Positions 30,601 through 42,617 of a stretch of DNA of 64,000 nucleotides are shown in pieces. The notes beneath the pieces were generated by a model, which did no database searches, was not told the DNA's origin, and worked only from the letters and a program-made list of their open reading frames with translations. The position numbers and the translations under genes were made by a program. Positions within the stretch are counted from its first letter, which is position 1. Each line of letters begins with the position of its first letter. The stretch is from Eledone cirrhosa (taxonomy: Eukaryota), in the NCBI GenBank assembly GCA_964016885.1, contig OZ024742.1, positions 207,390,001 through 207,454,000 of the forward strand. The letters run 5' to 3'.

Positions 30601-30619
30601 ATATATATATATATATATA

Positions 30620-30880
30620 TATGATGGCTGCAAACTCTGATTACACCTGTAGGCTACGTCCAGCCACAGGAACCTTTAACAGATCCTGAAGTAGCAATGT
30701 CTGTGTTTGAAAGTTTTTTAAGTGAGGAAAGGCCTGTCGCTTGACCAATCCTACTCTCTGAGCATCGAAAACACGACCTGAAAAGAGAAATGGTCAACAT
30801 CATCGGAGGCTTCCAAAGCCGCAGGTTTGCTTTTTTTTTTCAGAATTTCCCTCTCTTAGAAAGGCGGTGTGACAACAGAT
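30620..30880 (-). mobile_element. Diverged relative of the bipartite RTE-derived element
   Basis: Minus strand shares aaacctgcggct..ccgatgatgttga with 51330-51510 and ends gagtttgcagccatcat like 22087-22102. Confidence 0.5.
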
Positions 30881-31022
30881 GTGGAAAATACATAATAATT
30901 AATAAGGTAAATTAAAATGTACAGACCCACCTTTATAACTATAACATATCTGGACAAACTCAAGTTATAAAGGTGGCTCTGTACATTTTAATTTACCTTT
31001 TTAATTATTATGTATTTTCCAC
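30881..31022. repeat. ~60-bp inverted repeat pair with ~23-bp spacer
   Basis: gtggaaaatacataataatt...ttataact / agttataa...tatgtattttccac. Confidence 0.8.
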
Positions 31023-31563
31023 ACTTTTCGTAAACTTTATGTTCTTCACTCTAATGGTTATCGACCCTCGTAATTGAAAACAACCTTTTTGCATTTTTTC
31101 TCTCTATATACTGCAATATGAAGAGCACGGTACTTATTCCTTGAGCTCATTAAATTATTGGGGATTAACGTGAGTCTTTAACTCCGTTTTTTCATTTAAT
31201 ATTTTGGCTCCCAATTTCTTTATGTTAGTTGAGCATTTTTAAGTTGAATGGTTATAGGCTGCCATTTCTAGCAGATTTTTTATCCATTCAAGCCACTATG
31301 TACTGTCTGGCGCGCATGATTTCGTTTCTCTCACTATATGCGATATTTCAGTTGTCTAAAGTATTGTTGACCATATCTTCGTCAAACCTGCCGATGAGCC
31401 CTAAGAAGTTATGGCACCAACACTGTTTATGGCGAAACATTCTCTTCTTTGAGTTTGTCCAGGTACTGCTATGTGTATCTTAACGAAAAAAGACATTCAA
31501 CTACGATTTTAGTGTATCACTAGCTCACAACGACTGTAGGTAAATATCAATGTATAGATGTAT

Positions 31564-31605
<42 letters not shown>

Positions 31606-31607
31606 AA

Positions 31608-31681
<74 letters not shown>

Positions 31682-31684
31682 AAA

Positions 31685-31886
31685 CTGATATTCCGTCACG
31701 CACGACGATGACTGTTTCAGTTGATCCGATCAACGGATCAGGCTGCTCGTAAAATGAACCTGCAAGTCGCTGAGCATTCCACAGACATGTATACCTATTA
31801 TTTCAAATTACAAGTACACCTCATATTTGCCAGCTGAGTGGACTGGGGCAACGTTAAATGAATTGTCTGAAGGACAGTACGCGCCG
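31685..31886 (-). mobile_element. Second SINE-like family fragment
   Basis: gttgatccgatcaacgg...gccagctgagtggactgg; degraded homolog at ~18865-19015. Confidence 0.55.
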
Positions 31887-32161
31887 ATATATATATATAC
31901 ATGCATATGCGTACATGCATACGTGCACTTGGATAAATATGCATATAGACAGAACAAACAAGGATATATATATATATATATTAGAGCAAACATCACGGGC
32001 GCTCTATCTCAAAATTATTTTTGAAAAGCATTAGAAATGCGCAACCGGTAAAACGTAAAACCAAAACTGAATACTAACCAATACTATTACTAATTTTTGC
32101 TTATTCCTAATTAAACTAATTTTCACTGGGAACAATTTGTCAGCATTTTCTTTTCCTTTTA

Positions 32162-32244
<83 letters not shown>

Positions 32245-33338
32245 GTAGTCACGGATATAAGCATATAATCACACATGTACAAAGACATACGTGCGTTATA
32301 TATATACATGAACACATACTTATGGAACACAGACACAAAAACATGACATTGCATACATATGTATTGATATGTAAAACAAATATACACGTATATATTTACA
32401 TTTACATGAAGACAAATAAAAGAACATATTCATAACTAACACATATACATAAGTACACATCTACGGGGAAACACTAACGTGGCCACACATATATGCACAT
32501 ACCTAGTTCTCACATATATACACATGAATACATTACTTCACACAGTCACAACCATATACATTCAATTAGACAGGCATTGATGTATACACAGAAGGAACTT
32601 CTACGCGTTGCCAAATCCCCTTTATTCCAGCCTCTACATTGGCCATGGTTTCCTTCCACATAGCAAAAAGATGGAAACATCATTATCATCATCATCATCA
32701 TTGTCTCACGTTCATTTTTCATGCTGACATTTGATAGACGTGTTCTCAAGGTCCGAGACAATTCAGGTCGTAGCATCAATTCTTTCCTTTTATTCTTAGC
32801 TTAGTTTCCATGGCTGGCTGCCCTTCCTAAAGTCAACCATTTTACAGAATGTAATCTGTCCTCTCTCTTTCTCTGTCTGGCCTTGTCTTTTGCTCTCATG
32901 TATACACACCATTAAGTGCAGCGAAATTTAAAAATATAAACATGAAATAAAAAGGAATATTTAGAATAAAATAAAGGCAGGATAAAATCAAGGTATTTAT
33001 TATAATGGATATTTAAAAAATACATTTACAATGATTTGGAAAACAACATAGTAAATACTTTGTAAATTAAAGTTTGTGAATAGCTAATTTGTAACAACAG
33101 GATTCCTTAGAATGTAAGATTGGTTGAAATTACAGTTATAATGGAATTCACAATACATAATAGATTTATGCATGCATGTATGTAAACACACATCCACACA
33201 CACACGCGCACACACACACATACACACACACATACAGACACACACACATATATATATGTTGAATACATCTGAGTATCAAAATTGATGTCTTTGCATAAAA
33301 AGAGGAGACAACCTCGAACAGTTTCACACACACACACA

Positions 33339-33433
<95 letters not shown>

Positions 33434-34245
33434 GGCGTGGGTGGGGTAGGTACGAATTAAATTGCAAAATTGAAGAAATGACATAGAATAGTTTCCTGAA
33501 TATTTTTCAATCGATCTTCATAAGAAAATTGAAAAGAAAAAGGTTTTCATATTTTTCCTATGGTTACTTCATATATAGGATGTCATTGAAACCTTGTCGT
33601 ATTGGAGGTTTTTGTTTCAATATCAATGAGATTAAAATCTTTCCATTTTATTTGTTTTTTTAACACCAATTCAGCTGCGGGCTTGCATTTTTAAGATGAA
33701 AGCCGTTCCAGTTTTAACTATCGTATTTTTCCTTGGCATATTGTAACTAGCAGTACATTATCTTACATAAACTTTCTCCTTTAAAGAATATGCGATGTGA
33801 TTTATAAACGATCTCATGACTATCTCTGCCAGCTCAAACAACCGTACCACGTTATTTTCAATGATTTTTGTATATAGGGTGTATGTCTGTGATCTGGTGT
33901 ACTTGTCGATGTCCATATATGTTTATATAGGTATGTGTGCGTGTGTATGTGTATGTGTGTATGTGTGTGTGTATGTGTGTGTGTGTGTGTGTGTGTTTCT
34001 GTGTGTAAGCCCCATACACATTCTACCTAAAAATACTCTCTTTTTAATATTAGTAGGGAGGGCTGAAATTTCAGATATATTTGGCTAATAATTCTAGAAG
34101 GCCCAGCGACCATGTAGCGTCTTTTGTGTGATAATAGCTCTGAATTGATGTAAAAGAATCCAAATTAACACTTTGTACGCACACGCATAAACAGATACAC
34201 ACACATACCCCCCCCCCATATATGTATATTATATATATATATATA

Positions 34246-34579
34246 CAGTAGTCCCCTGGTATTCTTAGAGCACCCGCCAAGAGTGGAAAACCGTGAATAT
34301 GGGACGTTTTCCATAAAAATGCCCATAAACGTCAAAATATAACGTAAAATACAATAAAAGAGAGGGAGCGTTTTATGTGAAGGAGCGTCTAATAGGTCAG
34401 CAAATACGGTATATTGTTATTACTAATTTGCCTAATATTGCCACTAAAAAAGCCAAAAAGAAATCTCGGAATATATTTACGATTCCGCGAATATGCAGTG
34501 GTTTCCAGGAACAATTATTAGTAAGGTTCTAAGGAAAATTCTGCGAATAACCGGGACCGTGAATGTCGGGGGTACACTG
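34246..34579. mobile_element. Tc1/mariner-pogo (Tigger-like) MITE
   Basis: TA-CAGTAGTCCCC...GGGGGTACACTG-TA. Confidence 0.7.
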
Positions 34580-34733
<154 letters not shown>

Positions 34734-34734
34734 C

Positions 34735-35100
34735 AAAAAACATGAAATCGAAAATGCAACTGGAGTCTTTTTGAAAAAAAATATATATTTATTTGATTCC
34801 TTTACCGGTTTCGAAGTTCTGCTTTTCAAAAGTAGAATTGAGATAGAGGGTCTGTGGTTTTTCTCACATCTGTTTGGTCTTTGAATGTTACTTCTGTTTT
34901 ATATGGAAAAAAGTGGCTCGAAATGCTAGGTTTTTAGAGAAGTAATTTGGTTGGTTGGTGAATAAGTATAATAAATTTTGCGCCAATTCGCGTTACAAAT
35001 TTCTTATTATACTTGCCTCCCCCCCCCCCCATGGGGGGGGGGGGTCTCAGGTTGTTTTTTCATATATGAGTGAAGTTCGGTTGGTTGATGCAGTCACGTG
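34735..35100 (-). mobile_element. Family A copy with eroded U3:A8 hammerhead motif at ~34799-34833
   Basis: Colinear with 9300-9630. Confidence 0.75.
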
Positions 35101-35490
35101 AATAAGCACATCAGCTTTCGCGCCAGTTTGTGTTTGAATTTCTTTATACTTAAAAAAAAAAGGTGGCTCACGAAGGCTTTTTTTTATAAATGTAATTTTA
35201 TTGGTTATAAATGAAATTATGACTGTACATCTTCAGGAAAATCGAAATAAAATAAGTAAAATTTAAAGGAGGTTTAACCTCACAAGGGTTTTAAGAATCA
35301 TATAAAACAATATCCGATAGCATTCAACGTAAAGCAATCAATTAGATTCAAATGCATGTTATGCAGAAGGATTAAAATATATGTATGATTATATGTTTAC
35401 TTGTGATATTCATGTCGTTTATTTATTTATAATTTTAATGTCGCTTTTCTTTATATAGTTAGGATGATGTTTGTTAATTCAGTATATATA

Positions 35491-38400
35491 TATAAATTTA
35501 TTATAATAAATTGAAGTGAAAGCAACTGGTACGTGTATTTCTTATTGGCAACATGACCCTCCCAAAGTATAACAATATCGGTTTCAACACACGATTTCAG
35601 ATAAAGAATCTTGCTAAACAAATTCAGAAACGAAATATCGTAAGCCTTAGCCAGGTTAACAAGATATTGAAAACCACCATGTTCTGTTGTCTACGAAAAA
35701 CCATAACATCTCGACAACTACACTTCATAATAGAATGTGCCCCGTCCCGAGTTTACACCAAGACCATCAACACCGACGTAAGAAGATTACAACTCACCAA
35801 AAAACAAGCAGATAAGCTAAAACGAACACTACTTCTAAACATAAAAAAGAAGATCTATAGAGAATTAAGTCATCAAGAAAAACATAAGCGTAACCTAATA
35901 CAAGAAATAGCTAGGATCACCACACCAAGAGAGAAACTAATATTTATAAGCCTTATACGTCCTGAAGAACAGTACATTACTCAAGAATGTGATAAGCACT
36001 TTAACAAGAAACTAAAGTGGCTTAAGCAGATAAAGCTAAATCAGGATACTATAGAGAATACCAATAGATATCCCGACAAAATTGACGGTATAAATATGGC
36101 CGACACCTCATTAACGGATGAGTTCAACAACAACAACAACACAAATATATACGGCAACACAATGATAGACGACGATGAGTTATCGGTATTATGTCTGCCC
36201 CCGCGATTTGCGACATTCAAGAAGGTAAATATGATTAGTTGTCTGTCAGAAATAGAAAAATCATTTACAAAACTACGCTGGAGCCTCAAAAACAAAAACA
36301 AAAACAAAAGCAACAATATACGCACACACATATACAACACACATTCCAACAACAACAGACACACAGACACAAACAACAATAACAACAACACACACACCAC
36401 CAACAACAACAATAATAGCATACCCAGAAACAACAACAACAGACACGCAGACACAAACAACAATAACAACACAAACAACAATAATAACACACACGGAGAC
36501 AACAACAACACACATCAACAACAGCACACATCAACAACAACAACACACACACATTCAATGCCTCCCACAACCACCACAATCTTAACAAACACACAGACAC
36601 AGAGAACAAGTAATGACAGTAGCACAGAAATCACAGAAATAAGCGAAAGCAATAGGATTAAAAGGAGAAGGGAGACTAAGGACAAAGAAAATAACCAAGA
36701 CGAACACACAGACACGCAAAATAGGGTAGATAACAACAATGAGCCAGTGGAAAGAGACAGGAGTAATTATGAGAGACATAGAAAAAACCATGAGGCTGTT
36801 GGTGGAAATAGAAATAGAAACAACACAATTAACAATAACAATAGCACTAGTACACATAAAGCAGCAGCCTGGAAATCTACGTTTTATAATCCCTCCGATA
36901 AATCGTTCGACCTGCGACGAGTCCACGCCACGACTCTACCATTTAACAAACGCACGCAATTGCCGTCGCAGGTCGATGAATAAACAGAAGCACAAATTAG
37001 TATAGCTAGATCCGAACTTAAAAATATAGAACAGTATAGCAAGAAGCATGATAGATTGGAGGCCCAGCAACTGGGAGAAAAAAATCTGCAAATGGCTTGC
37101 GTAAGCTCATGCAGCGCTCGCGTAATGGAGAGATAGCATGCTTTCCAACAGACAAGTCTGGCAGAATGTCGGTTGACAGCCTGCCAAACTACATCCAGGC
37201 AATGCAACCCCACATCACTAACACAAGAGAGGTAACACCACAGGAGCATGAGGATAGAGAAAAAGCCCTCAATGCCCATATGGTGATGTGGACGAATATA
37301 ATGCAGCCCAACAAAAGGACTGCCAACAACTTCCAGGCCTGGAACAATGACGTGCCGGCGTTGTATGGGCTTCGAAAAGACCATAAAACGGGCAGTGACC
37401 CTGTCGCGGGACCACCAACACGGCCAGTCTGTGGAGCTAACATTGCTAGTAACTACAGACTGTCCTACTTCCTCTCCCTGATCATACGCCCCATCATTGA
37501 AATGTCCCCAGATGTATGTGACAGCACGGAGGACCTCCTCAGCAGAATCGGCGTGAGTATTCGATCTAGGGACCTAACAAACTACATAATAGATAGTATG
37601 GATGTTGTGTCCCTGTATCCATCTATTGACGTGGATTTTCCTGTGGAGAAATGCGTAGAAATGATCAGTGAGAGCAATGTTGAGTTCCGTGGGATTGATA
37701 CCAGTGAGCTGGGACTCATACTTAAACTTACCTATAGTAATAATTACCTAGACACATATGACCTTAGCAACCTGTGCCCTACAAGTCCAGCAAGAGGCAG
37801 ACCACCTACCTTTACCTCAATGGCCAAGAAAACCCACACAGATAGATGGAACGGGTGGACTACAGCCATACGGACACCCGAAAACCACGATGAACTGAAG
37901 AAAATGATTGCACATGCGGTAGGGGCCAGCATAAAACTAACCCTTAAGGAACATATGTTCAAATTTAATGGAAAAACATATGCCCAAGAGGAAGGAGCAG
38001 CCATTGGTGTTAGCATTGCAGGCGACATAGCTAACTGATTCATGGTATGGTGGGACAGTAGACTTAAACTTAAACTTAAAGAACAATTAGAAGACCCCTT
38101 AACCCTGATAATGTACTGCCGCTACGTTGATCATATAAACATCGTAGTTAAGACACCCCCACTAGAGAACAGTCAGAAACTAGAGAAAAACACAATGGAA
38201 AGCATCCAGCAAATAGCTAACTCCATCCACCAGAGCATTAGAGTTACTATAGACTACCCAAGTAAACACCCCAACCATTGATTACCTGTACTAGACACAG
38301 AGCTCTGGTTAGATACCATTAATAACAAAAAACAAATCCTCCATTCCCATTATGCCAAACCCATGACTTCCAAACATCTGATCCACCGAAACTCGGCCGT

Positions 38401-39710
38401 TTCGGACCATACAAAAATCAACATACTGATTGCGGATTTGATACGGGTGATGAGAAAAGTGTCCCGCATGTGCAACCCCGAAGAACTAGAGAGACACATA
38501 CAACACTTCATCCACCGTATGCAGTTCTCTGGCTACAATCAGAGAGATAAAATCAGAGTGTATAGAGGAGCCAGAACTAAATAGGAAAAAATGGTAAATA
38601 ATGACATAAATGGGACCTGCCCCTTGTATAGGAGCAAATTTTGGAATAGAATAGAAAGAACTAGGAACAAGGCTAATAGAATAAACTCATGGTATGATAG
38701 CAATAAATACCAGAGTGTAATGTTCATCGATACAACCCCTAGAGGTGAATTAGCTTACAAATTTAGAATGGCCCTAAATAAAAATAAACTCAATATTAAG
38801 ACAGTAGAAAGACCAGGTACCTCCGTAAAAACACTTATTAGCAAGACATACCCTTTTCAAAGACCCTCATGTATAGATAAGAAATGTATAACCTGTAAAA
38901 TAAGCCCCCATATTAACTGTAAAACTAGAAATGTAGTGTATAGCATAAGATGTACTGAAGGACAATGTAGAGACAAAAATATAGTGTACATAGGTGAGAC
39001 AGCTCGTAGTGTAGGGGAACGGATAAATGAACACTGGCGAGACCTTCAAGATAGTAAAGAATCATCTGTACTCTACCAACATGCTAAAATAGAACACAAG
39101 GGTAAATTAGAGAATATAGAAATAAAAATAGACTCTACACACAGAAAAGACGCAATGTTTAGACAAATTACAGAGGCAATAAACATAAAAGAATTACAAC
39201 CAAAATTAAATAGAAAATATGAGTGGAACAGCAACATCACAACTTACAATTAAGGACAAAATGAAAACACACACATAGAACAAACAACCAACCAGTAACA
39301 TGTAAATAAACAAATAAATAAATGAACATAAACACACACAGACACCCGGATGTGGCGCATGCGCAGACTGAGCACACAACACACACACAGAAACAAAATG
39401 GCGTAGGACAGAACAACGGAGAGGCACAGAAACAAAGAAAGGAATCCCCAGTCACTGAAGAGATCACAGAGTGTGTGACGAAAGAACTATAACTATATAT
39501 AAACAACTATCTGGTTGTGGAACCAACCAACCAACCAGAAATTTATAAATTTATAAATTTATTATAAATTTATTATAATAAATTGAAGTGAAAGCAACTG
39601 GTGCGTCCGTTTCTTATTGGCAACATGACCCTCCCAAAGTATAACAATATCGGTTTCAACACACGATTTCAGATAAAGAATCTTGCTAAACAAATTCAGA
39701 AACGAAATAT
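35491..39710 (+). mobile_element. Near full-length Penelope-like element (C-terminal GIY-YIG, Cys-rich linker) with direct pLTR repeats; pseudogenised
   Basis: PTDKSGR, LYGLRKDHK, SMDVVSLYPSID, CRYVD, LPVLD, CxxxxCxxC, NVVY...YIGET..ER..EH. 37097-39253 is one frame with 3 stops; further stop and frameshift near 36983-37090. 35491-35638 is repeated at ~39563-39710. Confidence 0.95.
39449..39517 (+). ncRNA. Hammerhead-like motif in PLE 3' pLTR
   Basis: cagtca-CTGAAGA(39455-39461)-gaTCACA gagtg TGTGAc-GAAA(39480-39483)...TC-tggttg; stem III degenerate. Confidence 0.6.
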
Positions 39711-39767
39711 ATATAATTTATTTCATGTCAAAATTTGCATCGGAGTTCCAATTTTGTTATACCCATC

Positions 39768-39958
39768 ATAATTGTTTCTACGTTTGGCACAAGGCCACCA
39801 ATTACCCAGTGCATTTCTGGTACTTTATTTTATCGACCCCGTAAGGATGAAAGGCAAAGTTAACCTCGGCGGGATTTGAACTCAGAATGGCAAGGGCCGT
39901 AACTCTATGCGTCAAAGCATGGCGTCCGACCCTCTACCGATACTGCCAATCCACCGCC
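39768..39958 (-). mobile_element. tRNA-derived SINE copy with TSD
   Basis: Flanking cccatcataat duplication (39762 / 39957). Confidence 0.9.
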
Positions 39959-40471
39959 CATCATAATGATTTCTTTTATTGGCCACAATTTATTGGCCAT
40001 GTTATACCCATCAAACAGAATATAGGTAAAATATCAGGGGAAAACACATATATAGAGCATAATTTCAAAAGGGACAGAAAGATAGCAGTATAGACAACAG
40101 CAATATAGAATTGATAAATGTGTCCGAACACGGAAAGGCCGAACTCCCACTGTCATCGCCTCCTTCACTCTCGCCCTCCCTATCTCTCTGTATTATGAGC
40201 AAATGGAGTCCCACGAACTGTGCCGCTCCACGGCCCCGGTGGACAGAATGGAGAAGGCGTTTTACCGGAGGATGTTAAGGGAGATGCGTTCAGTTGTAAA
40301 AGCATTTGGAAGGTACATATAGTTAGTTAGCAGTCTCACTTACTTTAAATTTTCAGCAAACAGTGGAGATAAAGCTGACAGAGCACCGCTCTGTATAATC
40401 AGTTCCTGATTATTACTAGAATTCTATAAAAATCAAACATTCAGGATTTAAAGCAAACAGGTGGAGTACTT

Positions 40472-40516
40472 GGCTTTGATAAGTACCAATCAGTACGAAA
40501 CTGAGCTCTGTCAGTT
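40472..40516 (+). ncRNA. Type-I hammerhead motif, U3:A8 core (unit 1)
   Basis: ggct-TTGATAA(40476-40482)-GTAC caatca GTAC-GAAA-CTGAGCTCTG-TC-agtt. Confidence 0.75.
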
Positions 40517-40790
40517 TATCTCCCCTGTTTGCTGAAAATTTAAAGTAAGTGAGACTGTCACTACTCTAAAACAATAGCGTAAGGTCTTCGAAATGCTTTT
40601 AATTAAGCATGCAGTGTATTGCAAAATACACTATATATACATTCATATATATATCGCTATTTCAGAGCACCAATTCTAATTTTCAATTTCTGCCTGACCG
40701 GCAACCGCTCTGGATGATCAGTTCCTGATTATTACTAGAATTCTATAAGAATCAAACATTCATGATTTTCAGCAAACAGGTGGAGTACTT

Positions 40791-40835
40791 GGCTTTGATA
40801 AGTACCAATCAGTACGAAACAGAGCTCTGTCAACT
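40791..40835 (+). ncRNA. Type-I hammerhead motif, U3:A8 core (unit 2)
   Basis: TTGATAA(40795-40801)-GTAC caatca GTAC-GAAA-CAGAGCTCTG-TC; perfect 12-nt palindrome ACAGAGCTCTGT. Confidence 0.75.
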
Positions 40836-40995
40836 TTATCTCCCCTGTTTGCTGAAAATTTAAAGGAAGTAAGACTGTCACTACTCTAAAACAATAGCGT
40901 AAGGTTTTCGAAATGTTTTTAATTAAGCATACAGTTTATTGCAAAATACACTATATATACATTCCTATATATATATCGCTATTTCAGAACACCAA

Positions 40996-41091
<96 letters not shown>

Positions 41092-41112
41092 TTATATATA
41101 TGTGCGTGTGTG

Positions 41113-41385
41113 TGTTGCAGATGTGCAACGAAAGAACTTTGATAGACTATATATATATATATATTTATATTTGTATTTTTAACCGCTTGGCAATCAATGA
41201 TAAATATTGATTGCCAAATAAAATAACTCACGAGATATAAAAGATACAGAAGCGAAAACGAACCAGACAGTGAGTGAATTCTCTTATTATTTCTGGCAAT
41301 ATTGTAACAATATAACCCTCCCCAATTATAACAATATTTGTTTCGACACAAGATTTCATATAAAAAACCTTGCAAACAAATTCAT
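41113..41385 (+). mobile_element. Solo pLTR related to the 35.5-39.7 kb PLE, with truncated hammerhead
   Basis: GTTGCA gatg TGCAAC-GAAAGAACT resembles 39462-39488; 41305-41383 aligns to 35550-35626. Confidence 0.7.
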
Positions 41386-41909
41386 ATATATATATATGCT
41401 AGGCTTTTCAGCTGTATATTAGTAGCCGCCAGTACGGATAGGTATTTGAACTCTAAATGCGTTTTCCATCAGGGAATAAACTTGCACTCGTGGCTTTTGA
41501 AGTCTGACATTCAATACGCCTGTCCAAATTGACATTGTCGTATATTCTGAAGGTTCGCCACATATGTTGAACGTTAAATGTTTACCTTAAGTAATGCTCT
41601 AATGATTTAATACAACGAATAAAATATTCTGTTTATTATTGTTTGCCATTCTGAAAATGACGAAGCAGTAAATTTGATGGGGTCCCCCATTTATATTGCC
41701 ATGTTTGTTTTCTCTTTCAGTGTTGCTTGCTGTTCCAAAGATCTCATCCCTTTCAAGCTCTCCTTTTTTTTTATCTTCTGTTACTCCCTCGATGAAATCT
41801 AAGTAACCGTCTGTTTCAAAAGATTCAAATAGATGAAGTGTAAACATCTATGTCGTATTTATTATTTTATTGAGATTATTATTACTTTAATAATATTGTT
41901 ATTATTATT

Positions 41910-42475
41910 AGGAGTGGCAGTGTTGGTAAAGCCTCGGACAACATACATTGCAACATTAGGGCACTTTACGTTCTGATTTCAAATCCCGCCGAGTTTAGCT
42001 TTGCGGGGTCGATAAAATAAGCACCAGTAATGCACTGGGGTCGATTTAATCGACTTAGCTCTCCCCTTCAAATTGCTGGCCTTGTGCCTAAAGTAGAAAC
42101 AATTATTAGGATTGGCTGCATGGGACAACATACATTGCGACATATAGTTACAGCCCTTTACGTTCTGAATTCAAATCCCACCGAGGACAATTTTCCCTAA
42201 TCGAATTCCCCATTCCTTTCAAATGGCTGGCCTTGTGATAATAGTAGAAGCAATTTTATTATTTGGATTACCAGAATCATTAGAGTATCTGACACAATGT
42301 TTGCGGTGTTTGTTCTAGCTCTTTACACTGAGTTCAAATGCCACTGACATCAACTTTGCATTTCATCTTTACTGGGTTGATAAAATATAGTACTAATTTA
42401 GAACTGCAGTCGATTTAATGGAATTACAGTCCCACTAAAACTGTTAGCCTTCTGCCTAGATTAGAAACAAAGTTA
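41910..42475 (+). mobile_element. Three tandem older tRNA-SINE relatives
   Basis: Repeated ttcaaatccc..cgag..., gtcgataaaata and gctggccttgtg..tagaa at ~41910-42105, 42107-42255 and 42263-42475. Confidence 0.75.
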
Positions 42476-42477
42476 AT

Positions 42478-42497
42478 GCTGCTGCTGCTGCTACTAT

Positions 42498-42529
<32 letters not shown>

Positions 42530-42556
42530 TTACTACTACTGCAGCTGCTGCTGCTG

Positions 42557-42616
<60 letters not shown>
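42478..42616. repeat. (CTA)n/(CTG)n compound microsatellite
   Basis: Direct reading. Confidence 0.95.

Positions 42617-42617
<1 letters not shown>

Larger units (their letters stand above)
40290..41000 (+). mobile_element. Tandem ~319-bp retrozyme-like repeat (family B, ~1.9 units) with an inverted 5' segment
   Basis: Units ~40385-40703 and ~40704-41000; 40290-40384 is the reverse complement of the sequence that starts inside stem III. Confidence 0.85.

Noticed and set aside
36041-36926. Hydrophobic or Cys-rich minus-strand ORFs
   Set aside because: Antisense reading of the (AAC)n-rich tract inside the PLE.
38036-38584. In-frame TGA codons in the PLE ORF as possible selenocysteine recoding (known in Naiad PLEs)
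   Set aside because: The TGAs fall at non-Cys positions (AN*FM, NH*LPVLD). TAA and TAG stops, a frameshift and a YVDD-to-YVDH change also occur, and the endonuclease is C-terminal, so ordinary decay explains them.
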